From the NCBI GenBank assembly GCA_965248265.1, contig CBDFJF010000002.1:672001-736000 (forward strand): a DNA stretch of 64,000 nt. Direction: 5' to 3'. The position numbers and the translations under genes are program-made. Below are positions 1 to 10,100 of this stretch, piece by piece (the first letter of the stretch is position 1; each line of letters opens with the position of its first letter). Below the pieces are notes generated by a model that ran no database searches, had not been told where the DNA came from, and saw only the letters and a list, made by a program, of their open reading frames with translations. This stretch comes from Candidatus Latescibacterota bacterium. GTDB lineage: Bacteria; Latescibacterota; UBA2968; UBA8231.

Positions 1-118
1 CGGACTCAACGGCTTGAGCTTTTCCGCGGAACATGAGAACGAGCGCGCGGCGGACACTGCACACGTTCATCGGCTCGTAGTTTTGATTCAGGACCAATAC
101 GGTTTCGTTGAGAACCAA
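1..118 (-). CDS. HNH endonuclease family protein, N-terminal part (runs off the window)
   Basis: Minus strand reads (M)[38 protein letters not shown], the typical VLVLNxxYEP...RA N-terminus of small HNH proteins. TTG start with GAGGA upstream. Confidence 0.7.
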   Translation of the reverse strand, partial: MVLNETVLVLNQNYEPMNVCSVRRALVLMFRGKAQAVES

Positions 119-198
119 GTTGCTTCCTCTCCAGTATCACATGGTCGTGGAAGGGCAAAAATCGCCCCGCAGTAGGTAACAGCAACGACCAATCAAAG

Positions 199-600
199 TC
201 AAGCGTCCGCTATGAGCTCCTCGTAGTCTTTGGCGCTGAGCAAGTTTTGCAGCTCGGCCGTCGACTCGACGCGCATCTTGATCATCCAGCCGTCCCCGTA
301 GGGGTCTGCATTCACGCGCTCGGCCGCTCCATCCAACGATTCATTGATCTCGACGACTTCGCCGGAAACAGCGGCGTAGAGCTCTTCGACCGCCTTGACC
401 GCCTCGATGGTACCGAAAATCTGACCGCGCTGCAGGTATTCTCCCACCTCGGGCAACTCGACGAAAACAATGTCACCGAGCTGCGACTGGGCATAGTCGG
501 TGACGCCGATGGTGGCCACGTCGCTGTCCAGGGTAATCCACTCGTGGCTGTCTGTGTACTGCAGCTCTGTTGGAACGCTGGACTCTTTTCCATCTGCCAT
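199..600 (-). CDS. gcvH: Glycine cleavage system H protein
   Basis: YTDSHEW, GVTDYAQSQLGDIVFVELP, lipoyl-Lys motif EAVKA, NADPYGDGW. Confidence 0.97.
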   Translation of the reverse strand: MADGKESSVPTELQYTDSHEWITLDSDVATIGVTDYAQSQLGDIVFVELPEVGEYLQRGQIFGTIEAVKAVEELYAAVSGEVVEINESLDGAAERVNADPYGDGWMIKMRVESTAELQNLLSAKDYEELIADA

Positions 601-680
601 CTACGGAATCTCCCTCAATCTACGCCTCCCAACCGGAAGCGACTATACCATTTGCTTTGGTTATTGCCCCGATACGTGCA

Positions 681-2039
681 CTATACCACCACAGCCTCAG
701 AAAACAGTTCAGTCACATAGTGAATGTCGAAATCACCAGCGACAAACTTGGGGTCGACGAGTAAGGACAGGTGGAAGGGTATGGTCGTCGCAATGCCCTC
801 CACGGTAAACTCCTCCAGCGCCCGCTTCATCCGCGCGATCGATTCGTCCCGGTTTTCACCCCAGGCGATGACCTTGGCCAGCAGGGAATCGTAGTATGGA
901 GGCATGGCATAACCCTGGTAAATATGGCTATCTACCCTGATAGAGGGCCCACCCGGCAGATGCAATGCTGTGATGGTCCCTGCCGATGGCATGAAGTTCC
1001 GATCGGGGTCCTCGGCGTTGATCCGACACTCCAGGGCGTGTCCCCGGAAGTCGATATCGCTCTGCTCGAACCCCAACTGTTCGCCCCCAGCTACCCGGAT
1101 TTGCTCCGCGATCAAATCCATGCTGGTGATCATTTCGGTCACCGGGTGTTCCACCTGGATACGCTTGTTCATCTCCAGGAAGTAGAAGTCTTCACCATTG
1201 CCATCCACGAGGAATTCCACGGTGCCAGCACCAGAGTAGGAGATGCTCTTGGCCCCCGCCACGGCCGCCGCTCCCAGGCGCTCGCGCAAAGAGGCATCCA
1301 CGACTGGTGATGGACTCTCCTCCAGCAGCTTCTGATGACGTCGCTGAATCGAGCACTCCCGCTCCCCCAGGTGGACGACGTTGCCGTGTTGGTCGCCGAT
1401 AACCTGGATTTCGATATGCCGGGCGCTTTCCAGTGAGCGTTCCATGTAAAGGACATCGCTGGTGAACGCGGTACGGGCCTCCAGACGAGCCAGGTCCCAG
1501 GCTTCAGCGAGCTGATCCTGCGCCTGCACGACCCGCATCCCCCGGCCGCCACCCCCAGCGGCTGCTTTGAGTCGTACCGGGTACCCGATCTGCTCGGCCA
1601 GCTCTTCCGCTTCCTTCAGATTGGGGACTGGTCCGGGGCTTCCCGGAATAGTCGGTACACCAGCGTTTTCCATCGCTGACCTGCCGGCCGCCTTGTCGCC
1701 CATTTTCTCGAACACCTCAATGCCCGGACCGATAAAGCAGATGCCGCAGGACCGGCACAATTCAGCGAATTCTCCGTTCTCGGCAAGGGGGCCATACCCA
1801 GGGTGGATGGCGTCGGCATTCGTCAGCTCAGCGGCGCTGATGATGTTGGCGTAGTTGCGATAGCTGGATTCACCCGGCGGTGGTCCAATGCAGACATCCT
1901 CGTCAGCGAACAGTACATGTGATGAGTGGGCGTCAGCCTCTGAGTAAACGGCCACCGTCTTGATGCCGAGTTCCTTACAGGTGCGGATGACGCGCAGGGC
2001 GATCTCACCCCGGTCTGCCACGAGCAGTTTGTCAAACAC
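681..2039 (-). CDS. accC: Acetyl-CoA carboxylase biotin carboxylase subunit
   Basis: RGEIALRVIR, IHPGYG, GGGGRGMR, ERECSIQRRHQK, RIQVEHPVTE, YYDSLLAK. Confidence 0.96.
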   Translation of the reverse strand: MFDKLLVADRGEIALRVIRTCKELGIKTVAVYSEADAHSSHVLFADEDVCIGPPPGESSYRNYANIISAAELTNADAIHPGYGPLAENGEFAELCRSCGICFIGPGIEVFEKMGDKAAGRSAMENAGVPTIPGSPGPVPNLKEAEELAEQIGYPVRLKAAAGGGGRGMRVVQAQDQLAEAWDLARLEARTAFTSDVLYMERSLESARHIEIQVIGDQHGNVVHLGERECSIQRRHQKLLEESPSPVVDASLRERLGAAAVAGAKSISYSGAGTVEFLVDGNGEDFYFLEMNKRIQVEHPVTEMITSMDLIAEQIRVAGGEQLGFEQSDIDFRGHALECRINAEDPDRNFMPSAGTITALHLPGGPSIRVDSHIYQGYAMPPYYDSLLAKVIAWGENRDESIARMKRALEEFTVEGIATTIPFHLSLLVDPKFVAGDFDIHYVTELFSEAVVV

Positions 2040-2082
2040 TTCGAGGACCTGTCCCTTAAGAGTCTACGGGGAGAGAATTCGG

Positions 2083-2556
2083 TTACGGGGCCCGCAGCCG
2101 GATGAGCGGTTGGTTGTACTCAACTGGATCACCGTTCTGAACAAGAATCTCGGCGATTTCACCGGCCGCATCGGCCTCTATTTCGTTCATAATCTTCATC
2201 GCCTCGATGATGCACAATGTCTGGCCGACGGTCACCGTATCACCGGTGCTGGCGAAAGGCTCGGCTTCGGGTGACGAGGACCGGTAGAATGTACCTACCA
2301 TTGGCGACATGATGGTATGAGCATCCTCCGAACCGGCCACCGTGCTCTCCGAATCTTCCGCCGTCGTGGTACTTTGCACCGGGGCTTCCCGAGTCACCTG
2401 GGGGTGGTTCTGTGCGGGAGCGGTCAGGGTCACAGCCTGCCTGGTACGTCCTAGACGTACGCGCACACCCCGCCAGAAACTCTCCTGGTATTCCAGCTCT
2501 TCGACGCCACTTTCTTGAAAAATCGCAATCAATTTGCGGAGTTTTTCTTCGTCCAC
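2083..2556 (-). CDS. accB: Biotin carboxyl carrier protein
   Basis: SPMVGTFYR and EAMKIMNEI biotinylation motif; adjacent to accC. Confidence 0.96.
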   Translation of the reverse strand: MDEEKLRKLIAIFQESGVEELEYQESFWRGVRVRLGRTRQAVTLTAPAQNHPQVTREAPVQSTTTAEDSESTVAGSEDAHTIMSPMVGTFYRSSSPEAEPFASTGDTVTVGQTLCIIEAMKIMNEIEADAAGEIAEILVQNGDPVEYNQPLIRLRAP

Positions 2557-2614
2557 TCTGTCAGTACCTCGATTTCGACTGAGTGCCCATTCGAGCGTCA
2601 GCCATGTTTCTCGA

Positions 2615-3175
2615 TCACACGCGCTCGACGTACTGCGCTGTGCGGGTATCGATCTTCAATTTATCCCCCTGATTGACGAACAGAGGCACCGAGACCACGG
2701 CACCGGTCTCGAGGGTTGCCGGCTTGACCGCGTTGGTGGCCGTATCGCCCTTGACTCCCGGTTCCGTCGCGGCAACCGTCAACTCCACGAAGTTGGGCAG
2801 CTCGACACCGATGGGTTTGTCGTCCGTGACCAGGACAAAGGCTGTCTCGTTCTCCAACAGAAAATCGGTGGCATCGCCCATCAACGCTTTGCTGATGGCG
2901 GTCTGCTCGTAGGTTTCGGAGTCCATGAAGTAGTACGTATCCGGCGCCTCTGCATAGAGATATTGCATTTCGCGTTTCTCAATCCGGACCTCCTCGACTT
3001 TATCGCCTGACCTGAAGGTGCGTTCAATCACTCCGCCGCTATCCATGTTTTTCAACTTGGTACGGGTAAAACCGCCCCCTTTGCCGGGTTTGACATGCTG
3101 AAATTCGACGATGGTGTAGATATCGCCGTCCAATCGCATGGTGTATCCATTCCTGAAATTCGTTGTGTCAGCCAT
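2615..3175 (-). CDS. efp: Translation elongation factor P
   Basis: HVKPGKGG loop, PGVKGDT, KPATLETG, VPLFV. Confidence 0.98.
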   Translation of the reverse strand: MADTTNFRNGYTMRLDGDIYTIVEFQHVKPGKGGGFTRTKLKNMDSGGVIERTFRSGDKVEEVRIEKREMQYLYAEAPDTYYFMDSETYEQTAISKALMGDATDFLLENETAFVLVTDDKPIGVELPNFVELTVAATEPGVKGDTATNAVKPATLETGAVVSVPLFVNQGDKLKIDTRTAQYVERV

Positions 3176-3189
3176 AACCCTGTCGGTAT

Positions 3190-4671
3190 TTAGTCCTTGC
3201 GCTCCAGCGCCGTCAATCGTGTTTTCGCCTCTTCGTTATCTGGCTGCGCCGTCAGCACCTGACGGTAGGTCTCGATGGCTCGGTCGACGAACCCCTGCAC
3301 CGAGTACAACTCAGCCAGTGTCGTGGTCGGAATCGGTCCTGGCAAGTCTGATTCCGCATGTCGCTCATCCTCCCCATCCCCGTCGATCTGGCGCAAAAGA
3401 TCGGTCATCTCTGAATCCCCGCGTCTCGAGAACTGAGCTACGGCATGGTCGTCGTCGACGGTTGCCTCATCAGCGAAGTTCGAAGGCGTTGCCGCTTCCG
3501 CCGTTGCCGGTTCGGGTTCGGGTTCCGGTTCGGGCTCCACCCTGGGGGGTATTGGCCGCTGGAGCTTGCTCGCCCCGCTATTGCCGCTCTTGTCCCGGCT
3601 CGCTTCTCGTGAGCCTGCTTCAACATCCTCCACCGTATCACTGGACACCGAATCCGCATTCCCTGTTGGGGTCACTGTCGGTTCGGGCAATGATGGCTTT
3701 GCCGGTTCCTCCGGTGCAGCCGGCAACTCGTCGCCAAAAAGCTCGGCTCCCAAGGCTGCTACCTCGTCGCTGGCATCCGGCTCAGGGGTGGTCGGCGGGA
3801 CCGGGTCAACGACCGCCTCGGCCGGTTGTGGTTGCGGTACTTCTGTCTCCCATTCTGGTAAATCCTGCAGCACCCCAAACGGCTCGTCAGCGGATGCAGG
3901 CTCTGTCGATTCGGGCTCGGGTTCAGGGTCTAATTGAGTTTCCGCAACCTCGGGGACCTGTGTCGCCTCTACCTCGCTCTCGGAGTATTGTAGCTCAGAT
4001 CGCTCAGCTTCATGACCATCGTCACTGACTCCATGACCATCGTCGTCGTCACCTGCCGCTACCTCTGCCCTGGTTGCGATGTCCGCGTCGATGCCCGGTC
4101 CAACGCCATCGTGATCGGGCACCTGCTCTTCGTTTTCAGTTTCCTTCTCTTCACTTGGCGCCGGCACCTCGTCAATGGTATAGGCTGCTTCAAAGCTCTC
4201 GCCCGAAGCTTCATCGCGCGATGCGGTCGCCGTCCCGACCTCAATCGGTTCGGTCGCGCCGGGTACCGCTGGTTCCTGAGCGGACAACTGCTCCACCTGG
4301 AGCCTGATGGTCTCGTCGAAGGGATCGAGCCGGGCTGCTTCCTCCATGCACTTCAACGCCAACGTCGGGATTCCGAGGGCTGCGTAGATCTGTGCCAGGA
4401 GTTCGAATCCGCGCGGGTTCTCGGCGTCGAGACGCAGTGATGTATCGAGTGCGGCGCGAGCTTCTTCGAGGTCGCCTCGGGCCTGATAGCACCGGCCCAA
4501 CAGATAGAACCCAGTCGGGTAGTCCGGGAACCGCTCACAGCCTTCCAGGCAAACGGCCAACGCCCGCTCGATGTCACCCTGGCTCAAACACGTCTCAGCA
4601 AAACGCGCAAACAAAGGAGCCGACGGGTAACGGCGGTACGCTCTCTCTATTTTGGAAAGTCTGCCGAACAA
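3190..4671 (-). CDS. TPR protein with long acidic low-complexity linker and a C-terminal TPR
   Basis: N-terminal TPRs (PLFARFAE...GFYLLGRCY), E/P/D/A-rich middle with EPEPEP runs, C-terminal TTTLAELYSVQG...AIETYRQVL. Confidence 0.8.
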   Translation of the reverse strand: MFGRLSKIERAYRRYPSAPLFARFAETCLSQGDIERALAVCLEGCERFPDYPTGFYLLGRCYQARGDLEEARAALDTSLRLDAENPRGFELLAQIYAALGIPTLALKCMEEAARLDPFDETIRLQVEQLSAQEPAVPGATEPIEVGTATASRDEASGESFEAAYTIDEVPAPSEEKETENEEQVPDHDGVGPGIDADIATRAEVAAGDDDDGHGVSDDGHEAERSELQYSESEVEATQVPEVAETQLDPEPEPESTEPASADEPFGVLQDLPEWETEVPQPQPAEAVVDPVPPTTPEPDASDEVAALGAELFGDELPAAPEEPAKPSLPEPTVTPTGNADSVSSDTVEDVEAGSREASRDKSGNSGASKLQRPIPPRVEPEPEPEPEPATAEAATPSNFADEATVDDDHAVAQFSRRGDSEMTDLLRQIDGDGEDERHAESDLPGPIPTTTLAELYSVQGFVDRAIETYRQVLTAQPDNEEAKTRLTALERKD

Positions 4672-4822
4672 GGCGCTGGCAGAGCCTCATTATCGGAACG
4701 GTACAAGCGGGCCACAGCGCGGATACTCATGCCGGAAGTTAAGCCACAAACCGCCGCTGGTGCAAGAGGGTTGGAAGGGAGCGGCAAGTCATGCCCTCAG
4801 TTGAGGTTATGGGCACGAATTC

Positions 4823-4851
4823 TTGACACTCATGTTGGTCCCGCGTACCTT
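4823..4851 (+). promoter_or_regulatory. Sigma70-type promoter for tRNA-Lys
   Basis: TTGACA-17 bp-TACCTT just upstream of the tRNA. Confidence 0.7.
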
Positions 4852-4867
4852 CGACGCCCTTTGGCGT

Positions 4868-4943
4868 GCGCCTATAGCTCAGTTGGTAGAGCGGCTGACT
4901 CTTAATCAGCGGGTCCGGGGTTCGAGTCCCTGTGGGCGCACCA
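4868..4943 (+). tRNA. tRNA-Lys(CTT)
   Basis: 76-nt cloverleaf GCGCCTA...TGGGCGC-A-CCA; anticodon arm GCTGA-CT-CTT-AA-TCAGC; GTTCGAGTCC T-arm. Confidence 0.97.
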
Positions 4944-4946
4944 ATT

Positions 4947-5020
4947 ATATGTACATGAAGACCGGTCTCCTTCATATATGCATCAAGACCTGTCTCCTTA
5001 GATATCAAGACCTAATCCTC
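4947..5020. repeat. Imperfect 27-bp tandem repeat (two full units plus a partial one)
   Basis: ATATGTACATGAAGACCGGTCTCCTTC / ATATATGCATCAAGACCTGTCTCCTTA / GATATCAAGACCTAATCCTC. Confidence 0.7.
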
Positions 5021-5037
5021 GACCACCCGGTGACGGC

Positions 5038-7585
5038 GTGGATATCACCCCTTCTTCAACGCGTCAAACTCAGATCCTCGTTGTCGAGGACGAGCCGATC
5101 GTGTCGCTGGACCTCCAGCAACGGTTGGAGAAAATGGGGTACCGCGTACCGGTGGTTGTGGCTTCCGGCGAAGCGGCCATCGAGTCTACGCAGGATTCGA
5201 CGCCAGATCTCGTACTCATGGATATCAATCTCCATGGCGAGATGGACGGTGTCGAGGCCGCCGAGCAGATCCGTGCTCGTCACCAGGTTCCCGTCGTCTA
5301 CCTCACCGCCTACTCCAACGATCAGACCCTGTCCCGAGCCAAGATAACCGAGCCTTTCGGGTACCTGCTCAAACCATTCGAAGAGCGCGAGCTGCAGACG
5401 ACGATTGAGATCGCCCTCCACAAACATCAAGCTGAACAGGCTTTGCGACGGGCTCACGACGACCTGGAGCGCCGTGTTTCCGAACGCACCATCGAACTGC
5501 GCAACTCCAACCTCGCTCTGCAACAGGAAATCGAGGAGCGCCGCCGTCGCGAAGAACGCCAACTAGCTCTCCAGCGCGTGCGCGAAGAAGTGTGGCGTAT
5601 GCGCAATCGCGGCGACATCCAGCACGTCCTCGACGCCATCCGCGACGGCCTCACCTCACTGGCCGTGCCGTTTCGCTCCTGCCGCATGTACGTCGTCGAA
5701 GCCAGGTTGGGCACCGAGAACGTGCGACTGTATACCCGTGGCGACGTCGAGTCCTGGTCCAGCATCCCTCTCGAGGATCAGAGCTGGAGGGACGTGATTC
5801 TTCGCGTATGGCGCGATGGCGAGTCTGCTTACCGGGCGGACATCGAAGAGACTGACATCGTCACCTCCGCAGATGATGCCGTCGCAGATGTGGTTCACCA
5901 ACAGGCCACGATACGCTCGGTTCTTGATGTCCCTTTCTCACATGGTACGCTTTCCATCGACAGCAGTCGTCCGCAGGCTTTTTCAGACTCCGACATCGCC
6001 GTCCTGCAGGAGATGGCCGTTGCCCTGTCGGAGGGGTTCCACCGGCTCGAAGACCTGCAACAGCTCGCTGAAGAGCGACAGCGCCTCGCGGTGACGCTAC
6101 GCAGCATCGGAGACTGTGTCATCGCGACAGATGCCGATGGCAGGATCGTCCTGCTCAATCGCGTTGCTGAAGCGTTGACGGGTTGGACCCAGGATGAGGC
6201 ACGCGGAAGGGAGTACGGCGAAGTCTTCACGCTCGAGCAAATCCTGTCTCACGACGATCCGGTTGCTCATGTGCTGGAGACTGGCACTGCCCTCACTGTC
6301 GTTCCAGCCGCCACACTGATCGCGCGCGACAGCACCGAGCGGCTGGTCTCGACGAGCAGCGCACCGATTCGAGACGATGAAGGCAAGACGATCGGCGCCG
6401 TTTTGGTGTCCAGAGACGTCAGTGAGCAGCGCAAGATTGAGGAAGAACAGCTCAAGTCAGCGAAACTGGAGTCTCTGGGGGTTTTGGCCGGTGGCATCGC
6501 ACATGATTTTAACAACATCTTGACCACCATCATCGGATATCTGTCTCTGTCGAAATTGGACTTGAGTCCAGAGGGTGAACTCTACGCCAACCTGACTGAA
6601 GTGGAAGATGCTTCCCAACGAGCGACGGATTTGACGCATCAACTGCTGGCGTTCTCGAAGGGGGGCGCACCCGTCAAGAAGGCGGCTTCGATCGCCGAGT
6701 TGATCACGGACTCGGCGACGTTCACGACCCGCGGCTCCAACGTCCTCTGCAGGTTTGAAATCGAAGAGCCCCTGTGGGCCGCGGAGGTGGATGTTGGCCA
6801 GATAAGCCAGGTGATCCAGAATCTGGTGTTGAATGCCGACCAGTCCATGCCGGCCGGGGGAACGATAACGATCACGGCGAGCAACACCGTCATTGACCGA
6901 GGCCTGAATCTGCCACTGGATCCGGGGGAGTACATCAGCGTGAGCGTAATCGACCATGGCGCCGGCATATCCAGCAATCATCTGCCGCAGATATTTGATC
7001 CGTACTTCACCACCAAGGAGGAGGGAAGCGGTCTCGGTCTGGCCACAGCGTACGCCATAGTCAAGAATCACGACGGTCACATTACCGTGGACTCGTCGCC
7101 GGATGGCACTTCCTTCACCTTTTACGTTCCGGCAACCTCAACCCCCGCCGCTGCCGCGCCGCCAGACACTGGAGAGATTGTTCCCGGTCAGGGCAGGGTG
7201 CTCGTCCTCGACGACGAGGCGCCGATCCGCAGGCTGGTGGGGGACCTGCTGGAAAAGCTGGGGTATGGAGGCGGAACTCGTCGAGGATGGCCAGCAGGCC
7301 ATAACCCGCTACGCGGAGGCCCTGGAATCCGGGCGTCGGTTTGACGCCGTAATCATGGATTTGACCATACCTGGGGGGATCGGCGGCCGCGAGGCAATCA
7401 CCGAACTTTTGGAAATCGACTCAGGAGCACGCGTGATTGTGTCGAGCGGGTATTCAGCGGATCCCGTGATGGCACACTACCGGCGCTACGGCTTCGTTGG
7501 CGTCGTGGCCAAGCCGTACGATATCCGTGAATTGAGTCGAGTACTGGGGAAGGTAACCCGCGATCAGCTGGCTCAGGAGAAGTAG
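5038..7585 (+). pseudogene. Hybrid REC-(GAF)-PAS-histidine kinase-REC with a +1 frameshift in the C-terminal receiver (pseudogene or sequencing error)
   Basis: N-terminal REC (LVVEDE, LMDINL, KPF), PAS, H-box GGIAHDFNN, HATPase (FDPYFTTK, GSGLGL). The second REC starts VLVLDDE in the 5038 frame and continues (EAELVEDG...VIMDLTIPGG...KPY) in the next frame. Removing one G at 7267-7268 restores an 848-aa ORF. Confidence 0.85.
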
Positions 7586-7621
7586 TCGAAGCAGTCGATC
7601 GACTACCGTCGAACGATTGCT

Positions 7622-7891
7622 TTAGTTGACCGCTGAGGATTCCTCTTCCAGAAAATCCGGGACCGGTACCGTCTTCAGGTAGTCCTGAAGAGCTCGCCCA
7701 TCAGAGGGCAGGTCGAGGACATCCGAGAAAGGCCACATGTCACCCTGGAGAAACTCTACGGCGCTGACCTTGTCCTGGGAAGCGGGTGCGGAAGACATGT
7801 CCTTGATCGCTTGCAGAATAACGGCGGCAGCGAGACGCCGGTGACCATCAAACTGGGACCGATACGCTGACTTACGTTCTTTTGCCATCAT
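7622..7891 (-). CDS. Small hypothetical protein, phage/ICE-like motif
   Basis: 89-aa ORF with RRLAAAVILQAIKD...AVEFL, behind an AT-rich upstream region. Confidence 0.6.
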   Translation of the reverse strand: MMAKERKSAYRSQFDGHRRLAAAVILQAIKDMSSAPASQDKVSAVEFLQGDMWPFSDVLDLPSDGRALQDYLKTVPVPDFLEEESSAVN

Positions 7892-8011
7892 AGTCTCTAC
7901 AGAGTTTTTATAGTTTTAGCGGCGAATTTGCTCAGCCTTTATGCAGGCATAATGTAACCATTTTTCAGACGTTTCGACAGGCCAATCGATCCCGTATTTG
8001 ACCTCGCGACC

Positions 8012-8051
8012 AAAAAAAAATGAGCAGGTTTCTTCAACTGAAACCAGCTCA
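8012..8051 (-). terminator. Intrinsic terminator downstream of nupC
   Basis: Minus strand TGAGCTGGTTTC-AGTTGAA-GAAACCTGCTCA followed by T9. Confidence 0.8.
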
Positions 8052-8120
8052 GTCAGTTACGGTGATTCACCTGACGCCACGCGTCGGTTTCCCACGCAAC
8101 AAGCCGGATCATCCTCAGAC

Positions 8121-8179
8121 AAACAGACCGATGACCCGCCTGCAGCACTTCGTCTCCTTCAAATAAACAGACCGATGAC
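8121..8179. repeat. 15-bp direct repeat duplicating the nupC 3' end
   Basis: AAACAGACCGATGAC at 8121-8135 and 8165-8179. Confidence 0.75.
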
Positions 8180-9418
8180 ACAGCCGGTCAGCATGGTCGC
8201 CAGCGTACCCGCTACCAGCGAGCGCAGCCCAAGGCGAGCCAGATCGCCCCTGCGGTCGGGCGCGATGGCGCCGATGCCCCCGATCATGATTGCGACCGAA
8301 CCAAAGTTGGCGAAGCCACACAGCGCATAGGTACAGATCAGGAACGACCGGTGGCTGATGGCCGACGCCTGATCCCCCATCAATCGCGTCAGTTCGGCAA
8401 AGGCTACGAATTCGTTGAGAATGGTCTTGACGCCCATGAGCCGGCCAGCTGTTTCCGCTTCTTGCCATGGGATTCCCATCAACCAGACAGGATAGCGCAG
8501 AACATATCCCAGCGCCGCCTGGAGACTCCAGCCGGTTGCCGTGCCATGAAGGAGGCCGTCGATCCAGCCCACGACCGTATTGGCAAGTGCCACCAGGCCG
8601 ACAAAGGCGATCAGCACGGCGATGATGTTGATGAACAGGTGAATGCCCTCCGTGGCTCCGCGAGCAGCCGCGTCGACGCCGTTGTCGGTGTCGTCGGCTT
8701 CAATCTCAATCAGCTGACCCGTGGTGACAGGGCGTTCGGTTTCCGGCATCATCAACTTGGCGATGGCTATGGCGGCGGGAGCGCTAATCAGCGACGCAGT
8801 GAACAGGTGTCCGGCAATGAGCGGGTCTACCGCACTCAGCATCGAGGCGTACACGACCATGACGGTGCCCGCGATCGTGGCCATGCCCGCACACATCAGA
8901 CAGAACAACTCACTCTGGGTGAGGCGACTGACGAAGGGTCTGATCAGCAGCGGCGCTTCCGTCATCCCCAAGAACACGTTGGCTACCACGCCGATGCTTT
9001 CGGCGCCACTGATTCCCATCGAACGCTGCACAACACGGCTGGCCAGGGAGATGACGGCTGGCAAGATTCGATAGTGGTAGAGGATCCGCGACAGGGACGC
9101 CACGAATATCAAGATGGCGGCGATTTCGAGTGCCAGCATGGGCCCGAAGGCCTGCTTGAACTGAGGACTGGAGATCCCGATGAACAGCAGAGACTCGTTG
9201 GCCTTCAGTGCCGTCGCTTGAAGGACATCCGTCAATGATGCAACAACGGCAAACACATATTCGCGGAGCTGGGTCAGCAGGAGCACGGCGGCGAGACCGA
9301 CCTGCAGCAAAGTTCCCACGACCACTGGTCGAAAGGAGATTGGTGTCTGGCGGGTGCCCACAATCCAGGCAACGCCCAGCAGGGTGATGTAGCCACAGGT
9401 TGAGTGGAGTGTTTCCAT
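8159..9418 (-). CDS. nupC: Concentrative nucleoside transporter (CNT/NupC family)
   Basis: SGAES, NVFLGMTEAPL, GMATIAGTV, KTILNEFVA, YALCGFANFGS. Confidence 0.92.
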   Translation of the reverse strand: METLHSTCGYITLLGVAWIVGTRQTPISFRPVVVGTLLQVGLAAVLLLTQLREYVFAVVASLTDVLQATALKANESLLFIGISSPQFKQAFGPMLALEIAAILIFVASLSRILYHYRILPAVISLASRVVQRSMGISGAESIGVVANVFLGMTEAPLLIRPFVSRLTQSELFCLMCAGMATIAGTVMVVYASMLSAVDPLIAGHLFTASLISAPAAIAIAKLMMPETERPVTTGQLIEIEADDTDNGVDAAARGATEGIHLFINIIAVLIAFVGLVALANTVVGWIDGLLHGTATGWSLQAALGYVLRYPVWLMGIPWQEAETAGRLMGVKTILNEFVAFAELTRLMGDQASAISHRSFLICTYALCGFANFGSVAIMIGGIGAIAPDRRGDLARLGLRSLVAGTLATMLTGCVIGLFI

Positions 9419-9428
9419 GGTCGTCTGT

Positions 9429-10088
9429 TCAATCCGGGTAGAGATGCGCGAGCGCCGACTGCACCAGCGCGCTCGGGGTCAGGGTAGCGTCGAGGCGAAT
9501 CGCTTCACCCCACACGTCGAATTGGCACACGGCGGCTGCGAAACGAGAGAAATCAGCATCCCCGCCCAATCGGGTTCCTCGCTGTTCAAGGCGGGCACGC
9601 CACAGGTCCGGGGGGGGTGGGTCCAGATGCAGGACAGTCAATCCGGACGGGGCGATGGACGCGGACAGACCCTCCCACAGCTGTGTCACCGCAAGCTCAG
9701 GCCCCCAACCTCCACTGAGCAGAACGACGCGCCTGCCGACAAGATTGGCGCATGCCACCCGCAATGGTCCGGCATATTCGAGAGGTCGCAACCTGGACCA
9801 GTAGTCAGCTGATCCGTAGGCCTGACTCTCATCGATCCCGGCGTCTTTCGCCGCGTTCAAGATGAATCCGGCGGCCGTGCAGTCCTTGTCCAGGTGCAGC
9901 GATTCCGGGAGCTCCCCCAGCAGGCCTGTGGCCAAAGTCGACTTGCCGGTCCCAGGAGGCCCGGCCAGGATTACCAGGCGCGAAGCCTTCGAACCAGAAC
10001 GCGCGGCATCCAGCAGGGCTGTCACTGTCGGCAGCGGATCCGCAACCGACCCGGCGTAACCGCCACCGAGGCGCGAGACATCCATCAT
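9429..10088 (-). CDS. P-loop kinase (AAA_33/NMP-kinase-like)
   Basis: Walker A GPPGTGKS, HLDKD, RARLEQRG lid-like motif. Confidence 0.7.
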   Translation of the reverse strand: MMDVSRLGGGYAGSVADPLPTVTALLDAARSGSKASRLVILAGPPGTGKSTLATGLLGELPESLHLDKDCTAAGFILNAAKDAGIDESQAYGSADYWSRLRPLEYAGPLRVACANLVGRRVVLLSGGWGPELAVTQLWEGLSASIAPSGLTVLHLDPPPPDLWRARLEQRGTRLGGDADFSRFAAAVCQFDVWGEAIRLDATLTPSALVQSALAHLYPD

Positions 10089-10100
10089 TCTCTTCCTCCT

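Noticed and set aside
3505-3540. GGTTCG hexamer repeats as a DNA element
   Set aside because: They encode the Glu-Pro run of the TPR protein linker.
4947-5020. CRISPR array
   Set aside because: Units are contiguous with no spacers, and no cas genes are in the window.
7103-7585. Independent response regulator gene
   Set aside because: Its first 55 or so codons are not REC-like; it is the frameshifted tail of the hybrid kinase.
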